From assembly GCF_009914755.1 (NCBI RefSeq), contig NC_060936.1: 64,000 nt of DNA; one strand, given 5' to 3'. Shown in pieces: positions 54,760-64,000 of this stretch. The position numbers and the translations under genes were made by a program. The stretch comes from the human T2T-CHM13v2.0 reference genome, Homo sapiens. A model generated the notes under the pieces. That model made no database searches. It saw only the letters and a list, made by a program, of their open reading frames with translations, and was not told the DNA's origin. Position 1 is the first letter of the stretch; each line of letters starts with the position of its first letter.

Positions 54760-56420
54760 TCACTCATTCGTTTTTTCATTTATTCATTTGTTATTTATTT
54801 AAGGAAACACACAGTAAATACTAATTATAGGCCTAGGAATTTGCCAATTAGTAAATCCAAACTTCGTGTCCTAGAGAAACTCAGCGAACTGGAAAGATAA
54901 GCAAATAAATGAATAACAGTCTGACGTGCATGTAAGTTTAAAGAGGTGCGGTAGTGGGAGGTGAAGAGAGAGCAGGCAGCAGGCAGATGCTAGAACAGCT
55001 TGGCAGAGGAGATGTCACAAGCACTGAGCCTGGGGAAGGACAAAGCTGGAGGAGAGGGGGCAAGGAATGTGGGAGGGAAATGTCATCACATATTCAGGGA
55101 TACTGAGGGATCTGCTGTGAGGACAGACAAGAATTGGTTCATTGGGTCAAGAAGAGAGGATTAGAGAAAAAGCAGAAAAGGTGATCCTGGGAAATTAGGT
55201 ACAACCAGCTTTTTGAAATGTACAAATATGGCATGAAGGGACAGTGAAAAGATCATGGTTTTGTATGCTAGCTGGGCTACTTAGCTGTATGAACTTGGAC
55301 TTAACATCTCTACACTTAATATCTCTGAACCCTAATTTATTTGCTTGTCAAGTTGAGGATAAGACTCAGGATTGAGCTAGAAATGATAGATAATGTGTTT
55401 ATAACAATTGTTATAATATTAATACTATAGCTACTATGTATTGACCACTTACTATATAATGTCATGTGCTTTACATGATTATCTCATTCAATTCTCAGAG
55501 AATAATGTTATACCTTAGATATTATTATTATCCACATTTTACAGTTGAGGAAACTGAGATTAAATAATTTTCTATTAAATGGCTGCAGTATGATTAAAAC
55601 ATAGATGTGTCTAAACTAAAGTTCTTGTTTTTAAGTGGTATATTACATAAAGTAGTCATTGCCCAGTAGATAGTACATGCTCAATAAATGGAAGTTAGAA
55701 ATCATAGTAGCAGTAGCAGTAATTGTAGTATTACGGGTAGCCAAAAGAAAACTAGCAGTGAAATTGTAGTAATGGCGGTAGTAGTGTTATCCTATAGGAA
55801 ATGAGACACAAACAAAGGCTTTTTGTTGTTGTAATTTGTGTATTTATTTACAGAGAAAAAAACATGATTAGATTTGCATTCTAGAACAACTTTGGGAAAA
55901 GTATCTTAAAAAATGCATTTGAGAAAAAAGTTCCTTGGAACTTCAAATGACATTTATTTATTTAAGATGTTGTCTCATCATCTTATGTGATATTGTGAGC
56001 CCTGGACATAATAGAACACATTTTCAAATATTTTAGAAGTATAAGTACTAAGAGTTAGTAAATCATTGCATACTGGAGTGAGGTAAAGTTGATACCACCA
56101 ATCCAAGAAAAGGACTACAAAAGAAGGATCACACAGCAGGTAATTTTTTTATTTGGGAATATGTTGATAGTAAGACATTCAGGTGATTCTGTCCAATAGA
56201 CAGTAGACCCTGGACAAACAGCCTCCAGGTTAAGTTAATATAAGACACAGTCTTCCTGTAGGGCTAAGTAAGAGCACCCAGGAAATGTACAGTGAGGAGA
56301 GAAGAGGGCATAGGACCACACCCTGACGAAATTCATCCTTTGTGACATCTAGAAGAGGAGTTCACAGGGGAAACCAGGGGAGGAAGAGCAGAAAGGGAAA
56401 CTGGAGAAGGTGAGGATAGA
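54760..56420 (-). mobile_element. Fragmented L2 interleaved with MIR pieces (MIR about 55230-55700)
   Basis: cactcattcg...ttcatttattcatt L2 end. MIR core attatatccacattttacagttgaggaaactgag. Confidence 0.55.
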
Positions 56421-56570
56421 TTTTATCCACTTCCAGTTTGAAAGGATTGACACTAGGCTCAGGGATGAGCATTAAGATTGTTTTTTTTTGCAATTGGTGT
56501 CTGCTATCACATATCCCATTGCAGGAGGTTATGATCCTACATATAACAAATAAGTAAGTATATATGCATA

Positions 56571-56580
56571 TGTGTGTGTG

Positions 56581-56663
<83 letters not shown>
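56571..56663. repeat. Compound microsatellite (TG)n(TA)n(GA)n
   Basis: Seen directly. Confidence 0.97.
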
Positions 56664-56666
<3 letters not shown>

Positions 56667-58103
56667 ATCCACAACTAGAAACTAAATTTGTGCAGTTATT
56701 TAATTTTTGATTGATGTAAATTTAAATTTAAGCAGCCCCATTTTTCTAGTGGCTACCATATTGGGGAGTTTCACCAGTTAGAGTGAACACTAAAAAAAGT
56801 AATGCAAAGAGTTGTAACTAAAAAGACAGGAAAAAATAAAATGGAATGGGAAAAAACCTGTTAATTCGAAAGAGAAAAGAATAAAAGAAAAAAGAATGAA
56901 GGGAGCAAATGTTTTAAAATAGTAAATTAGTTAAATTTGTATCAGTAATTACATAAAATATAGATAAACACTAATTTTAAAAATTGATATTGTCATGGAA
57001 TTTTTAAAAAAGAGACCAATTATTTGCTATTTCGAGAGATATATTTTAAACATAAAGATACAAATAGTTAAAAGTAAAAGAAAAACTACATCGTACAGGT
57101 GCTAACCATAAGAAAACTGATGTGGAAATATTAATATCAATCAAATGAGATACGAGGACAAAAAATATTTCTAGAGGAAAAAATGGGCATTTCATATGGA
57201 TAAATGGTCTAATTCACCAGAAAGACATAAAAATCCTACATGTATTACTTACAATATGAATTAAAATAAATGAAGGGAAAATGGACAGAACCAAAAGAAC
57301 CAAAAGGAGAAATAGACAAGCTTATAATCATAATTTTAATATAGGTCATTCTGTAATGTGTAGAGAGAGCCAACAAAAAAAAAAATCAGAAAAAATCAGG
57401 GAAACTGGAGAAGGTGAGGGCAGATTGAACAACACTATTAACCAACTCGACCTTGACATTTACACACGATCTTACCCAACAACTGTAGGATTATTTTCAA
57501 GTGAACATGGGATAGTAACCAAAACAGACTATATGCTGGGACATACAGCCATTCTCAATAAATTTCAAAGCACTAAAATCATACAGAGTATGTTCTCTAA
57601 CCACAATAATTAAACTAGAAATCAATGACAGAAGACAAACAGAAAATCCCAAAACATTTGGAAATCAAGTAACACAGTTCTAAATAACCCAAGAGTTAAA
57701 TTGAAAATCACAAGGAACTGAAAGATAATGAAAATGTAACATATCAAAATTTGTGAGATACAGTTTAACCATTGATTTAGAGAAAATTTTCTCTTTAAAT
57801 GCAAAATTTAAAAAGGAGAAATGTATAGATTTAATGATAAAAACTTTATTCTCAAGAAGCTAAAAAAAGGAGCAAATTAAAAAAGAAAATGACAAACATT
57901 AGAAATAAATTAAATAGAAAAATGTCCACCAAGAGGAAAAGATATAAACAAATGGTGGTACATTCATGTGATAGAATTCTACTAGCATTAAGAAGGAACC
58001 ATTGATACATGCATTAGTGAGGATAAATTTCAAAAATACTATTTTTTTCAAAGAAATGGCTAATTTTAATTATTTTAATAGCCAAGTCAAAAATACAATC
58101 TCT

Positions 58104-58249
58104 TAGGAGATAAACCTAATGCTAAATGATGAGTTAATGGGTGCAGCACACCAGTATGGCACATGTATACATATGTAACTAACCTGCACATTGTGCACAT
58201 GTACCCTAAAACTTAAAGTATAATAATAATAAAAAATAACAAAATAAAA
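58104..58249 (+). mobile_element. Very short young L1PA (L1PA2/3-like) 3' end
   Basis: cctaatgctaaatga.gagttaatgggtgcagcacaccag...aactaacctgcacattgtgcacatgtaccctaaaacttaaagtataata. TSD aaa(a/c)atacaatctct at 58089-58103 and 58250-58264. Confidence 0.95.
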
Positions 58250-58576
58250 AAACATACAATCTCTTTTTTATTGAGGAATCCTAATGACCAAAGTAGATGA
58301 TGCTGTTATCAGATATTGAAGTAATTAGACTTAAGACATAAAATAATGAAGCAAGGTAAGAAAGCACTGATTTGAAATTATCTTTCTTTTAAATTTAGAT
58401 GGATAATTAAAAATGTTTTTAATTCAAAGTTCCAAGCCTGAAATCCAGATATGTCATATCATGTACTTGCTTCTTGAAGATGAACTCAATAGTTGGTGGA
58501 TAGAATCCGCACTCTAACAAAACAGCAAACCACAAAAACAGTTGTCTCCATGAAGAAGCCAGTAACTTTGCATTTT

Positions 58577-59173
58577 TTAAAATTTTACTCTAAGTTCTGG
58601 GATACATGTGCAGAACGTACAGGTTTGTTACATAGGTATGCCTGTTCCATGGTGGTTTGCTGCACCTACTGACCTGTGCTCTAAGTTTCCTACCCTCACC
58701 CCCGACCCCCCAACAGGCCCTGGTGTGTGATGTTCCCCTCCCTGGGTCCATGTGTTCTCAGTGTTCAACTCCCACTTATGAGTGAGAACATGTGGTGTTT
58801 GGTTTTCTGTTCCTGTGTTAGTTTGTTGAGGATGATGGTTTCCACCTTCATCCGTGTCCCTGCAAAGGATATGATTTCATTCCTGTTTACGGCTGCATAG
58901 TAGTCCATGGTGTACATGTGCCACATTTTGTTTATCCAGTCTATCATTGATGGGTATTTGGGTTGGTTCCATGACTTTGCTATTGTGAATAGTGCCGCAA
59001 TAAACATACGTGTGCATGTGTCTTCGTATTAGAATGATTTATATTCCTTTGGGTATATACCCAGTAATGGGATTGCTGGGTCAAATGGTATTTCTGGTTC
59101 TAGATCCTTGAGGACTCGCCATACTGTCTTCCACAATGTTTAAACTAATTTATATTCCCCCCAACAGTGTAAA
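58577..59173 (-). mobile_element. 5'-truncated L1PA (L1PA8-like)
   Basis: ORF2 C-terminal peptide (ORF 58765-59007) and 3' UTR. Exact TSD aactttgcatttt at 58564-58576 and 59174-59186. Confidence 0.95.
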
Positions 59174-59639
59174 AACTTTGCATTTTATATTTCCATCTTC
59201 CAGTTCATTCCCACCTGTTCGGGATTTGGATTCCTAAAAGCTTCTTCAGCTAAAAACAAAGCAAAATAAAACAAAACAAAAAACTATTTTCAATGAATTA
59301 TACCTGGTACACAGAGTAGACATTGTATTATTCAATTTATATAATGCTCAAGACAAGGTTAGCGCATCATGACAGAAGTCACAAAATAGTACATGTAGAA
59401 ATATTGACAGGAAAAGAGGCATGAGGGCACTTTCCAGGTGGATAACAGTGTTCTGCATCTTGGACTAGAAGGTGCTTACAAATGCATATGTGAAGGTAAA
59501 TATCAAACTATATAGTTAATATTTGTACATGTAACTGTTTATAAATTACATCTCAATTTAAAATAAAACCTCACTAGAGTAGCTAAGCAGCATTTAAGCA
59601 ACATGTTTCACATGGGGGACATAAGGAAATATATTTGAA

Positions 59640-60360
59640 TATGTTAATATATAAGGAAATATATGTGGATGTGTTTGAGATATCTATTAGATAAACAAGT
59701 GAGAATGTAGAACACATCAGTAATCATTTCAGTGGAGTAGTGAGAATGAAAACTAAATAGAGTTGAGAAGGAAATAGGAAGCTACTGAAGAGACAACAAA
59801 TGCAGACATTTTGAGAAGTTTCATGATACGGGAGAGAAGAGATATGAGGAAAGTCATGAGAATGAGAAGAGAGAGAGAGAATTCTACGAAAAGAAAGAGA
59901 GCATTAATTTCTGGCTTGTCTTCATGTAGGTGAGACAGGATGGGACCCAAGTGGAGGACGAGAGTTGAGATAAGAGCAGGGACAATTTTCCACTGTCACA
60001 GGAGAGAGACTATGATACATAGGCACAGATGCTGATAAGTTGACATATTTGCCATTGGAAAGATGATGTAATTCTCATCTGATTGCCTCTTCTTTCTCAG
60101 TGAAGCATGAGATGAATTCATCAGCTGAGAGAGAAAGGAAAAGAACGTGGGAGATTTGAGGAGAGAGAAGAAAATGTAAAATAGTCATGTGAGAATACAA
60201 AAGTACATTTATTAGACAAATGTCAGACTTGTTGGTCCATTTGAGATCAGTGATCATAAATTTTAAATTATGCACAGTTGTGTAGTTTTTTCAACAACAT
60301 TCAGCTGCCCTGGGCTGCATGTTGTTCTAGATATAAGAGTTGGGTGTTCTATCATAGGAT
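59640..60360 (-). mobile_element. L2 fragment
   Basis: Purine-rich L2 motifs such as atgtgtttgagatatctattagataaacaagtg and ctgattgcctcttctttctcagtgaag. ORF 60075-60275 contains LSADEFISCFTEKEEAIR, resembling L2 ORF2. Confidence 0.65.
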
Positions 60361-61261
60361 ATTTTTAACCATAATGGATTACTCAGTTAGGTGTTGAGTC
60401 ACAAAATTCAGAACCAATTTTACTCTTCACCTCCATAATAAATCAGATGTATTAACTTTACTAGTTCAGTCATCTTCACTCCATTTTTAAAGTTGTTGGT
60501 TCTGTTTTTAAGGGGAAATGTAAAACAAAAGTATCCTAAAACCATTAGTTCCTCTTTTACATCCAGGGAAGCTTTAAATTTGATTTTGTATTTTGAGTAA
60601 AAAAGACTGACTAAAATGGACTTTTAGTGCTTTTTAACTATATACATAGTAACATATTTTATTTTAAACTTCGATATTTTCTTCAATGTGCTGGAAGAAT
60701 GTCTGTAAACTCAATCCATGCCAGAGGTAGCAGAAGTGTGTAATATGAAAACAAAGCCATCTCAGAAGAAACTAGAAGGTGTTGTGAAATAAGGCAAATT
60801 TTTTGACCCCAGTTTCACATAAATGCTCTGAGCAAAAAATAAATGTTAATGATAATTTAAATGACTGTTAACCATACATAGAAGAAAAATATGAGATTCA
60901 ATTTTCAAAAAGCAGGAGAAAATGGGCAAAGGGAGGAACTAACATTTGGCAAGCTCTTACTTTGTCCCAAGCACTGTATCAAGCATATTTAATAGGATCC
61001 TATTATCCATGGCTATTATCCATGGTTCATCTCGCCCAAGTCCAAAAAGACTAGGTTTGTTCCTGAAAACTGTTATCATTTATGTGAAAGCATAGTCTGA
61101 TGTGCATTTTCTTTATTACGCAGATGTACAAATCAACGCATTCCATTACAATTTTATAAAGACCACAGATGCTTTTACCCAGAGAAGCAGGTAGAAAGTT
61201 AAAAAATTTCAAATTTATTTGAACCACTATTCCCCACATAAAAATTCAGCTTAATCTGACA

Positions 61262-61430
61262 TACACATGCCCAACAAGCATAGAAAAAATGCTCAACATC
61301 ACTAATCATTAGAGAAATGCAAATCAAAACCACACTGAGATATCATCTCACACCAGTCAGAATGGCTATGATTAAAAGGTCAAAAAACAACAGATGCTGG
61401 CGGGGTTATGGAGAAAAGGGAAAACTTATA
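61262..61430 (+). mobile_element. Isolated internal L1 ORF2 fragment (L1PB/MA-like)
   Basis: aaaaatgctcaacatcactaatcattagagaaatgcaaatcaaaaccacactgagatatcatctcacaccagtcagaatggct. Confidence 0.9.
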
Positions 61431-63151
61431 ATTGCTCCTATGCAGCTATTAAATTTTTAAATGGAAACAAAATGGAAAAATTAGGATATTATGTGGCTTG
61501 GTTGTTCTGAATAAAACACTTTGCTGCTTTTACAAGAAATCATAGTGGTAAACAAGCCCTTTATAAAGCAGCAGTGTGTGTTTATTGTGAGAAATACTTT
61601 AAGATCTTTTAAATGAAGCCAAGAGGAGTTCAGTTATTAACTCTGTGCTGGTTTCAAAGATTTATAAAACCAGTCCGTTTCAGATAGAATGTTTTTCTCA
61701 GCTGAAATTTGGTCATATGAGTGTGTATGAAAAGCATCAACCAATGGATCTGTGCTATTTTTTTAAAAAATCTCTGTATTTGACATAAAAATCCATTCAA
61801 TCAATTTCACTAAGACAAATTAGATTCGATATGTAAACCCATTTGTTCTTCATCAAAGTTCTAAATTTTGCAAATGATCAACATATCTTTCAACCAATTT
61901 GTCAACATATTAGCAACAAGATAACATGATTCATGGCTTTGGCAAGGTAAAATTGGGTAACAAAGAAATTCTCAGAATGTATTTTAGGAACCAGAAATCT
62001 TTGGCCACCGTATTTTCTAAACTAAAAATCATCCCATTCTAGCGTGTGGAATTGTCTTTTAGTAAGTGTACATGCTAATACTTCTAGAGATTTAAAACTA
62101 GTTAAAGAAAATATCACATGGAGTATTATATAGTTATTAATTGTAAGAGCTAAATTTTAAGACATTCGGGCAAGCCACAATGCATGGCAGTGGTCATTTC
62201 TAGCAGTTGTTATGAATAACTTTGATGTTTAATGCAACATATTCTACATGTATTTCAGAAAATTACATGGATATTTGAATTATTAATATTTATATTAATA
62301 CAATGCTTTACAGTTAACAAAGTCTTTTTTTCATAACTAACCCATTCTTCCCTCACAATCAGCCCATGGAGCAGATGTTGTCATTCCTGTTTTTCAGGTT
62401 AACAACATAATTAGAAAGTTGTGGAATTGGGACTCAAACACACATACTCCACTTTCTGACTCCTAAGCCAAGTTTTTCTCCACTGAATTATTCTTAATCT
62501 CTATTGAAATGATATGTTCTATCCATACTCATGTATGAAAATATTGACATAAGATTTGGATTCCAAAATCATTGGGAAGTCTGTACAATGAAAATAGGAA
62601 GCCACAAAGTTGCTATAACATTGTGTGATGTGGGAAACCTATCTAAATGTGGCAAGAGGCAAACTGCAATTGAAGACTATTTTTAGGGAATGAATAATGT
62701 GAGTTTTGTAAACTTAAAGATACTACCATATAAAGGCTTTTTTCCCTATATTACAGAGATGATGGCGGAGATTTTAACTAAATGAAAGGAAACGTGCCCC
62801 AGTAATAATTAGGTCCTCAAATTGTTTCTCATTTATTTAACAAATATGTATTGAATACCTTGTCTTTGCAAAACATTGTGCTTGCAATGGTACAAAGGTA
62901 ACAAAAATAATAATAATTTTAAAAGCAAACTTATTTATTGGCATATCTCTGGCAGTGTTCTAAGTTTACATAAATTAATAAATTTACCTGAGATTTCAAA
63001 ACTTTTTCTTTTCGTTACAATTAGTTTCCATTTATGATGACTCTCAAATAATTCTTATAAATGGAGCAAAAAGATGGACAGAAATCAAAGTGACTGACAC
63101 ACAATCAAATGTGGAATGAGAACAATAATACAGCTGTGACCTGTAAGGGGG

Positions 63152-63355
63152 TGTGGTGGTCAGGGTTCTCCAGAGAAACAAGAAAAATAGACATATTTGT
63201 ACAAAGACAGAAAAAGATTTATATAAGAAATTAACTTACACAATTATGAAGGCTGAGAAGTCCCATGATCTTCACCTAGTAAGCTACAGACCCACGAGAG
63301 CTGATCTAGGCACCCTGTGGCCCAGTCAAGTTGATGCATAAAATTAACCATCACA
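63152..63355 (-). mobile_element. MLT2 (ERVL) LTR, internally deleted, next to a MIR
   Basis: tcagggttctccagagaaaca...gctgagaagtcccatgatct joined to gcccagtcaagttga..cataaaattaaccatcaca. Confidence 0.85.
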
Positions 63356-64000
63356 AGGAGAAAGAGCTTTGAACCTGTCCTGAATTCTAATTCAAGTTCC
63401 ATCACTAAATAGCCATGTGACCTTGGGAAAGTTAGTTAACCATTCTAAACCTAGAGACCTGACATCTGTCATCTGGTGTTGGGAGAGCCTGTAAGATGGT
63501 ATATATAAAGTGCCTAGCAGTGCTAGGCCCATACTGGACAGTTATGGAACCCTGGCTTCTAATTAAATGTGCCTTCTCTAGCCACTCTAAAGCTTAATTC
63601 TGTATGACTGTCTTAAGTCCTTCAGGTGTGGTGGTAGCCAAGAAGAAAGTATGAGAGGAAAACTATGGCAACCCCTTTGATGTGATCCAAATGGCAGAGT
63701 GCATTTTCAGTTCAAATGAATTCCCACGGTATCTCCTAACCTCTTTAAAAACTAAATAGCTATTCAAAGAATTTTCTCAAGAGACAAGAAAATAGGCATT
63801 TATATTTAAAAGTATTATAAGGAGTTAATAGCCCTTGGAGTTACTGATTTAATGGCCCCTTATTTAATTAAGGAGTAGAGAAACTCATTGAGAGTCATAG
63901 AGTAGAGCTTATAATTAACGGATAGCTCCAGGCAAGAATTGCCTTTTTGCCCCTTTATCTCTGCTCTACCCCTTGAAATTTATACTTAAACATTATGAAA

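Larger units (their letters stand above)
58042..59276 (-). pseudogene. Probable retrocopy of an unidentified gene's terminal exon (short CDS end plus 3' UTR)
   Basis: Non-repeat sequence splits the L1M between TSD-like caaaaa(t)actatttt (58031-58045, 59277-59290). The minus strand has a pyrimidine tract and AG, then LKKLLGIQIPNRWE* (59249-59205), an AT-rich UTR, ATTAAA and a short A run. Confidence 0.55.
56780..59570 (+). mobile_element. Old L1M(E) (ORF2 endonuclease region and 3' UTR), interrupted at about 58045-59277
   Basis: ORF 57281-57613 contains LNNTINQLDL...FSSEHG..TKTDYMLGH..LNKF..IIQSMFSNHN (L1 EN). The 3' UTR resumes after 59290. Confidence 0.8.

Overview
Primate (simian, probably hominoid) non-coding genomic DNA, almost entirely a layered record of transposable elements. 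No intact cellular protein-coding gene, rRNA, tRNA or CRISPR is visible. Every recognisable ORF is a decayed retroelement or transposon remnant, and most others are chance ORFs. About 10.4-35.8 kb is a dense nest of LTR elements: a class III ERVL provirus half (LTR32/LTR18-like), a class II LTR14 solo LTR, a minus-strand class I provirus with a tRNA-Lys-like PBS, a HERV-I (LTR10) provirus with a tRNA-Ile PBS, a solo LTR10F carrying an AP-1 array, and MaLR LTRs. Further on are a full THE1 with a nested THE1A LTR, a Tigger1/Alu/L1PA nest whose L1 has an in-frame ORF2 deletion of about 1.9 kb, and a probable retrocopy of an unidentified gene's last exon. The most notable observations are rearrangement scars: a roughly 170 bp copy of sequence from 9 kb upstream at an L1 5' junction where two proviruses lost their adjacent halves, plus smaller templated insertions. 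I found no support for a new biological system. Subfamily names are from recalled consensus sequences and need RepeatMasker/Dfam confirmation.
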